Source: Paraphysomonas bandaiensis (Eukaryota; Protista; Chrysophyceae). Taken from it: a stretch of DNA of 64,000 nucleotides. The notes under the pieces are model-generated. The model made no database searches. It was not told the DNA's origin and worked only from the letters and a program-made list of their open reading frames with translations. Each line of letters starts with the position of its first letter. Within the stretch, counting starts at the first letter, position 1. Positions 52,555 through 62,300 of the stretch are shown here, in pieces. The stretch spans positions 288,307 through 352,306 of the forward strand of contig CBFFRP010000410.1 of the NCBI GenBank assembly GCA_965644295.1, read 5' to 3'. A program made the translations under genes and the position numbers.

Positions 52555-54297
52555 ATGAATTTTGAAAATTCGATTTTACTGACCTCTGAGGAGATTGAAC
52601 AACTTGTCACTTCTATGTTTCCAAATGACAAGGCAAATACTATTGCCAAAGGATTATGTAACTACTGCTTCATTAACAAAGGAATGATATACTTTCTTGA
52701 ATCTAATATTACATATTCACAGCTACCTTTAAGTGTAGGAAAATCTAAGTTAGTTACTATTATTACGAGTTATATACAGAAATCTTTTCAATCTTTAAGC
52801 GAATACAAACAAGAAATATTGAAATTAAAATACGAAAAATTTTACAAAATATTTCTTAATGCATCTGTATTACAGTATTACGATCAAATAATAACAGTAC
52901 TAGAAATAAAGAAAGTAGTATTTGATACAACGCCCTATGAGATACATTTTAATAATGGATATTATGATCTTCAGCATAATAAATTCAAACAAAGAGAATT
53001 ACACAAACATTATGTTACGCAATATATTCAAAGAGATTATGTAAAGTCTAGTGAAGATGAACGCGATAAAATGATGGAACATATTAGAAAAATTTATCCT
53101 GATAACGAAGATATGAATTGTATTCTTTTAACGCTTGGTTCTGCTCTCAGTGGTAAGTCTAACGTTGATCAAGATACGTTATTTCTCTTGGGAGTAGCGT
53201 CCGCTGGGAAATCGTTTATAATGGAATTATCACAAAAAACATTTGAATGTTACTTTAAAGAATTAAAAAATGACACTTTTAGTCACAACAACAGTAAGAT
53301 TGATAAAATTTTAAATAGTTTTGCAAACAACCCTCAAATTAGGATTACATGGGTTAATGAAATCAAAGATGTTAAAATAGACGAAACACTATTCAAAAAG
53401 TTTTGTGAAGGAAAACTACAAACAACTAAATTATATGAAGATGAATCTCATGATATAACTCATAATTCAAAATCTTTTATAACGGCTAATACTATGCCTA
53501 GTATGAAAATAGATTCCGGTGTAGTTAGACGATTTAAAGGATACACGCATGTAAGTAAGTTTGTAGATAATCCTGATGAAGTGGATGAATCTAATCACAT
53601 TTACCTTAAAGATAAGTACCTACTCGATAATATAGTAAAACACAATCTATTGAATGCATGGTTTGACATATTAGCAAAGTATTGTTACAAGTGGTCAAAA
53701 GGAGAAAAGCCCAAATTTAATAAGAATTTTACAGAAACAAAAGATTCAGTTGTCAATACTAATGACATAATGCAAGACTTTATAGATGGTTATTTCATAA
53801 AAACAGATAAATCATCTGACAGGATAAGTAAAGAACTAATGGAAACATATTTCAAGAAACAATATCCTGATAAACATTTATCAATGGTACAACTGATAAC
53901 ATCATTAAAAGATAAAGGTTTACACTACAATGCTAGTATGCGCGTTGACGGTGTTCGTGGTTGTTTTACAAATATTAAACTGCGAATGAAAAAACTTCTT
54001 AAAAGTGGCGAAGAAAAACGAACCGATTTGACAGAGTACACAATTCAATTAGAAAACGAAATAGAAACATATAAAGATGAAATTGAATATCTTAAACAGC
54101 AATTAAGTATGTTCAATAGACAATCTAAATCAATCAAGTCAAAAAATTCTAAGATGGTCAAAGTTAAGAAAGTTACTTTTGAATATGATACTGACAATGA
54201 CGATGAACCCATACCCGAAACATTTAAAACAAATATATTTAAACAACAAAAAATTGAAAAAGAAGAATTAAATGAAATTATTGATTTACTAAATTAA
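52555..54297 (+). CDS. D5-like superfamily 3 helicase (no AEP primase domain seen)
   Basis: D5_N-like IHFNNGYYDL; Walker A GVASAGKS; Walker B TWVNE; motif C TANTMP; DSGVVRR arginine finger. Confidence 0.88.
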   Translation: MNFENSILLTSEEIEQLVTSMFPNDKANTIAKGLCNYCFINKGMIYFLESNITYSQLPLSVGKSKLVTIITSYIQKSFQSLSEYKQEILKLKYEKFYKIFLNASVLQYYDQIITVLEIKKVVFDTTPYEIHFNNGYYDLQHNKFKQRELHKHYVTQYIQRDYVKSSEDERDKMMEHIRKIYPDNEDMNCILLTLGSALSGKSNVDQDTLFLLGVASAGKSFIMELSQKTFECYFKELKNDTFSHNNSKIDKILNSFANNPQIRITWVNEIKDVKIDETLFKKFCEGKLQTTKLYEDESHDITHNSKSFITANTMPSMKIDSGVVRRFKGYTHVSKFVDNPDEVDESNHIYLKDKYLLDNIVKHNLLNAWFDILAKYCYKWSKGEKPKFNKNFTETKDSVVNTNDIMQDFIDGYFIKTDKSSDRISKELMETYFKKQYPDKHLSMVQLITSLKDKGLHYNASMRVDGVRGCFTNIKLRMKKLLKSGEEKRTDLTEYTIQLENEIETYKDEIEYLKQQLSMFNRQSKSIKSKNSKMVKVKKVTFEYDTDNDDEPIPETFKTNIFKQQKIEKEELNEIIDLLN

Positions 54298-54339
54298 AAA
54301 GTACTTAAAAAATTATTATATATAGTTTAGTTATATATA

Positions 54340-54693
54340 ATGGTAAAAAAGTCTGTTTACACTAAAAAGATTATCAAAGAGAAAACTGTGAAGCACGGAA
54401 AAGAACGAACAATACAATTGTACAGAAATGACAAAAAGAATAATATCTCTGCTCAAGATGTACGCGATATTGTACAAGGATTGCAAAATTCAGATCCAAA
54501 TAAACTATTTATGGTGCGCGCTTTAAACGCAGCCAGATGGAGCACACTCAAAGGATTTTATAGTGACCTAAATGTTGATGATGAAGAAGATTATTATGCA
54601 AATAGAGTCAAAGACACAGATAAGTTTTCAAAGTTCTCACAATTGCAAATTACTGCCTTTGTACCCGATGATATTGAGGATAATTTTGTTTAA
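54340..54693 (+). CDS. PLV protein, candidate stand-alone terminal protein
   Basis: Directly upstream of pPolB with the same upstream motif; RWSTLKGF...DDEEDYY acidic Tyr segment. Function is inference. Confidence 0.5.
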   Translation: MVKKSVYTKKIIKEKTVKHGKERTIQLYRNDKKNNISAQDVRDIVQGLQNSDPNKLFMVRALNAARWSTLKGFYSDLNVDDEEDYYANRVKDTDKFSKFSQLQITAFVPDDIEDNFV

Positions 54694-54738
54694 TATAAAA
54701 CTACTTAAAAAATAATTAATATAATAATAATATATAGA

Positions 54739-55989
54739 ATGTATTTTTATTATAAAATGAATAGTGCCATGTACAGAGTTTTAGATGTTAAGAACTACAT
54801 CTTTTCAGACATGTCACATGAGAAATGTATGAAATTAGAATATGCGTATCAATTGTTTAAAGGATACGAAGCATCAGATGAAGGAATAAAACAGTATGGT
54901 AAAGATTTCAGGGCGTGGTGTAGAGAGATGAGATTTACTAAAAACTTGTCAATTGATTACAAAAAATTTCATTCACACTTGGGCGCTGTTAAATGTGTCT
55001 TTATGCAATATTGTAAAGGAAAATATGAACATCATAAAAAGATTAAAAAAATAGAAAATGGATACTTTCAAGATTGTTACAATGCAGGTTTACAGTTTTG
55101 CGAGCCGGGAGTATTTAATTCATATGGATACGATTTTAGTGGATTTTATCCATCTCTATTGATAGATGATAACTTTTTAATACCAACAAAGAAAGGAAAA
55201 GAAAAATACTTAAAGAAGTTAAAAAAACGTTCTAAACTTAAATACGGAATATACAGAGTTAAAATTACATCTGATAATAAAAACTTTAAAAAGATATTTT
55301 CATTTTCTCCAAAACATACATATACTCATATATCTCTAAAACATGCAATGAAATGCAAAAAGAAATTTGATGTAAATATTGAGTTAATTGTTGATGATAA
55401 ACCAAACGCATACATATACAGAACAAAAGATTTAGTAAAAGCAAGTGAAATATTTGCAGAATGGTACAATCGTTTAATTCAGTTAAAAAAGTTGTATCCC
55501 AACAACAAACTTGTAAAGCATTTGATGTCATCGCTATGGGGAACGTTAACGCAGTACAATATGATATATAAATCATATGATGAATTAGAAAATGAAGGTT
55601 ATGACTGGGGATATACAAAGGAATGCGATTATATTGTACAGGATAAGTATATGTCAGCACATAGTAACGATGAAGAGAATTATAAACTTTTAGATTCAAA
55701 TAATCCTTTTAAATACAATATTAGACTACTTCCGTTTTTGCTTTCATATGCAAGAAACAAAATAGCAGAAGTGGCATTGAAGGATATTGACAACGTCATT
55801 CGTATTCACACAGATAACGTTACTTTTAAGAAAGATCCAAAATTAGATATACCCAATCTATTGCGAGAAGATAAAACTTCGGGTATGATTGAATGGAGAC
55901 ATGTAAATGGATACAATCATATATGTCCAAAGTGTGACGAGCGACTTAAATACAAGGACATAAAAACACATATTGAAGAATGTTGTTAA
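54739..55989 (+). CDS. Short protein-primed-type family B DNA polymerase (no exonuclease motifs; C-terminal C2HC zinc finger)
   Basis: YNAG (YxGG), motif A YDFSGFYPS, TPR1-like YGIYRVKI..YTH, motif B KHLMSSLWG, motif C RIHTDN; tail CPKC-x11-H-x3-C. Confidence 0.85.
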   Translation: MYFYYKMNSAMYRVLDVKNYIFSDMSHEKCMKLEYAYQLFKGYEASDEGIKQYGKDFRAWCREMRFTKNLSIDYKKFHSHLGAVKCVFMQYCKGKYEHHKKIKKIENGYFQDCYNAGLQFCEPGVFNSYGYDFSGFYPSLLIDDNFLIPTKKGKEKYLKKLKKRSKLKYGIYRVKITSDNKNFKKIFSFSPKHTYTHISLKHAMKCKKKFDVNIELIVDDKPNAYIYRTKDLVKASEIFAEWYNRLIQLKKLYPNNKLVKHLMSSLWGTLTQYNMIYKSYDELENEGYDWGYTKECDYIVQDKYMSAHSNDEENYKLLDSNNPFKYNIRLLPFLLSYARNKIAEVALKDIDNVIRIHTDNVTFKKDPKLDIPNLLREDKTSGMIEWRHVNGYNHICPKCDERLKYKDIKTHIEECC

Positions 55990-57032
55990 CGTTTTTTCTT
56001 TTTCTTAATGCTTTTATCAAAATCATCTAATAACTTTTTATCAACAGTTTTTAGTAAATCACTTTTAGCATACCATCCCGCGTCTTTTTTTAACTCTCCA
56101 TACATCCAAACTTGATAGTGATTTTCGCCATCAAAAAATCGCTTATCAAGAATCTTTTTAATTTCAACTTGTTCTTCTTCGGCATCAGGTGCAGGCATTA
56201 GTTCATCTTCTGTAAAGGATGCATTTTTAATACCACTTAACATATATCTGTATGTAACTTTTCCAGGATAATACAATATTTGTTTAATTTGTACAGGTAT
56301 AGGGTCAAAGCGGAAGTCACCTTCTCGGAACACATCAGAATTAATAGTTTCATTTAAAGCATTTTTGGGTTTGTCTAATTTTCGATACACAAAGTCACCC
56401 ACATTATATTTAGGTTTTGATTTGGTTGTGTCTGGAACAGGATACTTATGTGTTGCCAAGTCAATATTAGACACATCTTTCTTCCTTAGTTTATTCAAAT
56501 CTATTCTTAGCTTATCAACTATATCAGTCCATTCTCTATAAATTTTTCCAGTTTTTAACTCAATGCTATTCATATAACCATTAAAAAATCTGCCTAATGT
56601 TCTATTTAAACTCTCCACTGCTGACATTTGTTTATGTCGTCCCGCTAATGCAACGCTATGTAAAATACTTTCGTCGTACAAATATTTTGCAAAACCTTTT
56701 TTAAATGATGCACCGCCATCTGTTCGAATAGAAGCGTACGGTTTATTAAGATGATTACGTTGAAATATAGCCTTTATTGCTTTTAAAGTTTCATCAGAGT
56801 TTTCTGTTTTCATTGGTTCCATATCAAACTCATCAGTTGCCAAATCAACAACAACTAATAAATATTGATATCCTTTTTTATCTTTTGGTAAATGCAACAC
56901 ATCCGCCATAAAGTTATAATCTTCTTTAAGTGGTATATTATCTTTTATTCGATTATATCTTTTCTTCTTGGTTTGTTTACTTGGTCTTGTTAATGTTTCA
57001 TCGATATCATATTTTTTAATAAGATCATTCAT
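55986..57032 (-). CDS. Retroviral-type (rve) DDE integrase with C-terminal chromodomain
   Basis: FMADVLHLP, IRTDGGASF and AVESLNRTL form the D-D-E triad; PKYNVGDFV SH3-like segment; EIKKILDKR...YQVW...AGWYAKSDL chromo-like tail. Confidence 0.9.
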   Translation of the reverse strand: MNDLIKKYDIDETLTRPSKQTKKKRYNRIKDNIPLKEDYNFMADVLHLPKDKKGYQYLLVVVDLATDEFDMEPMKTENSDETLKAIKAIFQRNHLNKPYASIRTDGGASFKKGFAKYLYDESILHSVALAGRHKQMSAVESLNRTLGRFFNGYMNSIELKTGKIYREWTDIVDKLRIDLNKLRKKDVSNIDLATHKYPVPDTTKSKPKYNVGDFVYRKLDKPKNALNETINSDVFREGDFRFDPIPVQIKQILYYPGKVTYRYMLSGIKNASFTEDELMPAPDAEEEQVEIKKILDKRFFDGENHYQVWMYGELKKDAGWYAKSDLLKTVDKKLLDDFDKSIKKKKKR

Positions 57033-57122
57033 AATGATATATAATACACATATAAAAAATATAAATAAACTAACTTAGTAAAAAACACTTAAAAAGAAAT
57101 TAATATATAAGAGTATAGTATA

Positions 57123-57467
57123 ATGAACAAAGAATCAAGAAGAGAGTATAATAAAAAATACTACGCTGAAAAGAAAAGCGCAATATGTGCAAAGCTATTT
57201 GAAAAAGAAGAATGTTTAAAATGTGGCAGAATAGTATCACATCAAAATATGAAGAAACATCAAGCATCAAAAGTATGCATGACAACGGCAGAGAGAAAAC
57301 AAGCAAAGTTAAATGTTTCAAGCGAATTAGAAGCAATAAAACAAGAATTAGAAGACATTAAGAAATCTAAACAAGATTCATTGATGTATTGTTGGGGATG
57401 TCAAGAATCATTTACAGAATCTCAAAAAACTAAACATAAATGTTCAAGTAAACATAGAAATCTTTAA
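57123..57467 (+). CDS. PLV zinc-finger protein
   Basis: CLKCG...HQASKVC and CWGC...HKC motifs; ACTTAAA upstream. Confidence 0.7.
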   Translation: MNKESRREYNKKYYAEKKSAICAKLFEKEECLKCGRIVSHQNMKKHQASKVCMTTAERKQAKLNVSSELEAIKQELEDIKKSKQDSLMYCWGCQESFTESQKTKHKCSSKHRNL

Positions 57468-57748
57468 GTAAAATTTATTATAAATGTATCATCATCGATA
57501 ACTTTATATTTTTTCTGTTTTTTCCTTTTGGTATCCTTTTTTGTGTGTACCCATTTCTTATATTCTTTGTTCTCTTTAAGTGTTTTAATTTTAGTATAAT
57601 AATAGTTTCTAGCATACTCATTACATTTAGCTTTATTATTAAAATAGTAAATTCTATTTCGAATCAATAATGTGTCTCTGTTCTTTAAGTAATATTCATG
57701 ATTATACTGTTTAAGTTTCTCTTTATTCATTATTATATCAATAATCAA
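57464..57748 (-). CDS. PLV small Lys/Tyr-rich protein
   Basis: KQYNHEYYLKNR..EYARNYYY repeats of the kind seen in AT-rich dsDNA viruses; stop overlaps the neighbour's stop in TTAA. Confidence 0.55.
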   Translation of the reverse strand: MIIDIIMNKEKLKQYNHEYYLKNRDTLLIRNRIYYFNNKAKCNEYARNYYYTKIKTLKENKEYKKWVHTKKDTKRKKQKKYKVIDDDTFIINFT

Positions 57749-57754
57749 TAAAAT

Positions 57755-58323
57755 TATAAAATGGCAAGTATCATAGGTAATAGTAATATTTTAAAAGCTT
57801 TTGTTATAGCTATATCAACGGCTCGCTCTGTTGCTGACCGCAAAAAAAACGTGCTACTCTCTTCCAATTACGCCTAATAAAATTCATTTTTTAATTCGTG
57901 GAAGTAATATCTCAACCATTTTGACAATTAATTCCCGATGTCATTATTGAAATATTTTTTAACCGCTTCAGCTTCAACCGCTAGTTTTTTCTATCACCAG
58001 ATTTCGGTTTTGCTTGATAAAATTTTCAACTGCTTGACAAGTAAATAATAGAATTTGTTCATTGTATTTATTTGAATCAGGATCAAAGAGATCTAAAACG
58101 AGATTGGATTTTAGTAACTAATTCGTACTGTTGATTTTCAAGTTTAATCTCTTTTAATTTTGTCAGAAAGTCCATTTAATCCCAACATTAAATAGTTTTT
58201 TGTGCTGGAATCGATCGATGTCTGAAACTACATTCACGTTTAACTTCAGCTTTCTATCTCTTTAGTTTCTTCAACTCCTAGAGGTCTGTTGTTGTCGTTG
58301 TCTTTAATAACTACTTTTCTCAT
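57755..58323 (-). pseudogene. PLV hypothetical protein with hydrophobic C-terminus (frameshifted as read)
   Basis: MRKVVIKDNDNNRP... can be joined across several 1-nt shifts to ...RRNWKRVARFF...KILLLPMILAIL. Confidence 0.45.
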
Positions 58324-58363
58324 TTATATAATTGTGACACAAAATATTTTAAACGTTTTATAT

Positions 58364-59424
58364 TCAAGCGAAACCCTCATCTGAGATATCACTGCGCCAT
58401 CCATCTGCCAAATTCGACTTTCTTTTCTTGGGAGTAAAATATTCTGCTGGTACCGGTGTGCTTGGTGGCTTGATTTTATGAGTTCGGACATGATGCTTTG
58501 TTCTTAGTTTATGCATGTTCTCATCCTCTATTTCATCTTTTTGTTTTATATTCATTTCTGTTCGTCTTGTTGAGACTCATTTGTCCGGTAATTGGTTCCA
58601 TATTGACAAACAAGCCTTCTAATCCTTGTCTCATGTGTCTTTTTTCATAGTGATTTTTGGCTCTAATTGCTTTATCGGCATCATAGTCCTCTGCCTCCAT
58701 ACCTTCTCTGTTCAATCTTTCCTTTTCTTGTCTTTACTACGTTGAACTAATTGTTTTGTTGCTTCTTTCTGTTTTTGAGTTCTGCCTTTTGGTTTAGCTA
58801 ATTTAGTTTGTGGCTCTAAAGGCAAATCCTCAACATCATCATCTAATTCTTCAATCTGATCATTTGATTTAAATTCTAATGGCTGTGTATACATCAAATC
58901 ATTGCTTGTAGATATTGGTGGTGCGGGGTTGATGGTATTATCTGCCTTGCTGGATATATCAATGGCTCTTCTACGTTGCGCAGTTTTTTGTTTTTGAGAT
59001 GTTGGACCCATAATTAAATTTCCAGCTGGAGATTTAGAGACTTTAATATTTCCAGATGCGTACCCGTCATTAGCTAATTTTGCAAATTTGAAAGTCTCTT
59101 TAACTCTTCTGGTACATTTTCAAGTCTCAACACTCCTTCATTGGCGGGGTTCTTGGGATTATTTCTAGCTTCATTTAATTGTCCTCGCAATATATCAATC
59201 TCTCTTCTGTCAATGGTTGAGCTATGTACAGCACCCACACCGGAAACACCTCCTATTCCGCCCCCACCAAATTGCTTATTTACACCTGTACCAAAATTAG
59301 TTTTCTTTTTCCCTTTAGCTTTGCGCTTTTTCTTTGTTCTTTTTCTTTTTAAAATCAAATCTGGTGCAATACCATAAAGTTTATGTAAGTCGTCAAGAGA
59401 TAAATAGATTTTCTTCTCCTTCAT
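58364..59424 (-). pseudogene. PLV basic low-complexity protein (one gene split into four ORFs by frameshifts)
   Basis: Abutting or overlapping minus-strand ORFs 59074-59424, 58712-59011, 58533-58715 and 58364-58555; poly-Lys/Arg N-terminus. Confidence 0.5.
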
Positions 59425-59453
59425 TAGTATTTATATAATAGTGAAAGATAATA

Positions 59454-60013
59454 TTATGCGAAATAATCATCTGAATTAAATGTCACATGTCTTTGTGTAG
59501 CGGGTTGTCTTTGTATAGATACTTGTTCATCTTCTGATTCTGATTCAGATTCTGATGATTCAACAACAATTGTTCTCTTTTTTTGGTTTTCTTTTTTGAT
59601 GGTCTTTTAACAACTATAACCTCTTCATCTGATTCTGAATCATCATATATTATTTTTTGTCTAGGAGCTCGTTTAACAACAGGCCTTGGTGCTGGTTTTG
59701 GTTCGGGATCTGTCTTTGTTACTGATTGCTCTTCTTGATGTTTGGCTAATAATTGAGCATAATGTAATTCCTTTTCTTGTTGCCTCTTTAAAGCATTCTC
59801 TGCTCTCTTTTGTCTAGCCTTTTCAAATGCTTGTAGCTGGGCTTGTGTTTTAGGCTTTGTCGGTCACTCTTTTCTTTTTTCACAGGAGGCGGACTGAATA
59901 GGTGCTTGGGGTGTGTTAACAGGCTCCTCTGGTATGGCTGCGAGTTGTTTGACCTGTCTTTTCGGCTTTGTTAGAGGAATTGATTCTTCTATATATTCTT
60001 CGGGTTCTACCAT
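59454..60013 (-). pseudogene. PLV charged protein (KPKTQAQLQAFEKAR type), frameshifted as read
   Basis: Manual translation MVEPEEYIEE...KPKTQAQLQAFEKARQKR...ESSESESESEDE...NSDDYFA*. Confidence 0.55.
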
Positions 60014-60073
60014 TATATAGTTACTGGTATGAAAAAATATTTACAAAATATTAATATATTTACTCATAATATA

Positions 60074-60806
60074 ATGAAAATAACAGAAACACCTTCTGAT
60101 TTGCCTAATACAGCACCTATTAAAGAAGTTATGGACGTCTATATACCAAACATCAATGAACACTTACCACGTCGAAATGGGTTTATATATACTTTAATAG
60201 GATCTGGCGGATCAGGAAAAAACAAGTTTATTATTGTCAATGTTTAAGTCATCTAGATTTTACAGAGCCAAATTTGATAATATATACTTAATCACCCCAC
60301 AGAGTAGCTTTCTCAGTGTCTCGCGATCATCCATTTGGAACGCATGGAAAGGTATATCATGAATTAACACCGGAATTATTGGATATAATATATGATGAAT
60401 TATCAAACTTAAAAGAAAGTAATATAGAGCAGGAGTATTCCTCCAGAATATAATTTAGTTATTATTGATGATTATGCAAATCATTTAAAAGACAATGTTT
60501 TAATTAAACATTTGAACAGAATGCTTATCAAAGCAAGACATTTAAATACAGCTTTTGTTTTTACGTTACAATCATATAATTTATTTCCATTAACATTGAG
60601 AAAAACAAATAACTAACATGACTTTGTTTAAACCTAAAAATCAACAAGAGTGGACAGTTGTAACATCAGAACTTATTAAATCATGACAAAAGATAATGCT
60701 GTTGAGCTCTATGATTATGTTTATGATAAAAACTATAATCATTTAGATGCTGATACAGTTGAAAACAAATTATTTAAAAAACTTTAACACGCTATCAATT
60801 GGATAA
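60074..60806 (+). CDS. A32-like (FtsK-HerA) genome packaging ATPase, frameshifted as read
   Basis: Walker A GSGGSGK; Walker B LVIIDD; KARH arginine finger and TLQSY motif; joined across homopolymer indels. Confidence 0.85.
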
Positions 60807-60832
60807 TAATTAATATCTAATTAATATATATA

Positions 60833-61180
60833 ATGAACAGTGATACAGAAAATGATTCAGCCGAATTGCAATATGATTCTGAAACGCAGTATTATTTATC
60901 ATCCGACTCAGAGGATGAACTACCGGATGAACTTGAAGTTATCAGGTCAGACCAAAACGCTTAGATGAAGTTATAGACCTAAATATGTTACACTACAACG
61001 ATTCTTTTAAAAGACGAGGAATAAGTCACGTATTAAACAATATGCCAAATGGAACAGGTTTTCACATTCCAGGATGGCAACAAGTACTTGAAAACTATTG
61101 CTGAAAATATAAGTGATTCTCCACTAGAGGAGTTAATGAATAGAAAAATATATGATTGTAATAATATAGATGAGCGATAA
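60833..61180 (+). CDS. PLV small acidic protein, frameshifted as read
   Basis: MNSDTENDSAELQYDSE...GTGFHIPGWQQVL; AT-rich TATATA-ATG upstream. Confidence 0.45.
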
Positions 61181-61911
61181 ACTATGTATCTTTTAAATAG
61201 TAAGAGTGCAAATAGATATATATCAGGTAATACATCAGATTGTATATTTCATTTACCTGTTATCAACATACCAAAACATAGGAAGATATTTTGTTCGGTT
61301 CAAACGGCGATGCCACACTTTATTCATTTTTATAACATTAGTTCAATTAATAACACTTTAAAATATACAGTCAATGGTGGTGGAGTACAAACATGTAGCT
61401 ATTACAGAAGGAAATTATAACGTTAATACCTTGATAACAGCAATTACAACTGGCATACCCGCTTTAACAATCACGTATAACAGCAAAACAAACAAATTAA
61501 CCTTTTCACATAGTACATATGATTTTACATTTGAATCAAATAGTACTTGGTTGGAAGGATTCTTGGTTTTACAGATGATACAACATACTCGTCAACGTCA
61601 CAAGTGCTTACAAGTACCATATCAATTAATTTATTCACAATTAGAAATGTTTATGTTACATCTGATAACTTTCAAATCAATAATATTAACAATTCAACAC
61701 CTAATAAAAGTAATATATTATGCAGTATTCCTGTAGATTCTTCCCATCACAGTATGATCAGTTACTCATAATATATACAATGTTCGTAATATGATCTATA
61801 ATGTTCATAATTTAACAAATTTACATGTTAAACTCACGGATCAAAGATGATGATGTGCTTGATCTGAATGGAGTTCATTGGTCTTTAACTCTAGAGCTTG
61901 TTATAGAATAA
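61170..61911 (+). CDS. Minor capsid (penton, single jelly-roll) protein, frameshifted as read
   Basis: LNSK..N, ITEGNYNVNTL, RILGF, ILCSIPV and terminal LTDQ..DLNGVHWSLTLEL motifs typical of PLV pentons. Confidence 0.8.
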
Positions 61912-61932
61912 TTAAATATAGTGTATATATAC

Positions 61933-62300
61933 ATGAAACTAGGTAAGAAGTTTGATCGAGGTGTTCAACTGGTCACAAAATAGATAAGAAGGCTCATCAA
62001 TTAGGGCATAAATCTCACGACGTACTTCAAAAAGCACAAAAGATCAACCGTAAAGTGGTTAATACTGGATCAAAAGTTTTACACAACGTTAGAAAGGGGG
62101 TTGATATAGCCGACGCTGTTTTAGGTACAGCAGTAGATGCTGGCGCTGGAAATGTCCCTGTACTTGGAGATGGTATGGCTTTAGCAAGTAAAGGATTGCA
62201 TGGTGCTAGAAAAGGGCTTGATAAAGGAGATAAGGCCTTACAAATATAAGAACGCAAGTAACAAAGCAACAACCTTCCCAACAACGCGCTTGTTGTTCTG
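61933..62300 (+). CDS. PLV small amphipathic LGxK-repeat protein (candidate virion protein)
   Basis: MKLGKKFDRGVQLG.KIDKKAHQLGHK...VPVLGDGMALASKGL; lies between penton and MCP; 3' end uncertain. Confidence 0.55.

Noticed and set aside
60074-61911. Programmed frameshifting or alternative genetic code in ATPase and penton
   Set aside because: Shifts are numerous, go in both directions and often sit in homopolymers; upstream viral genes read cleanly in the standard code.
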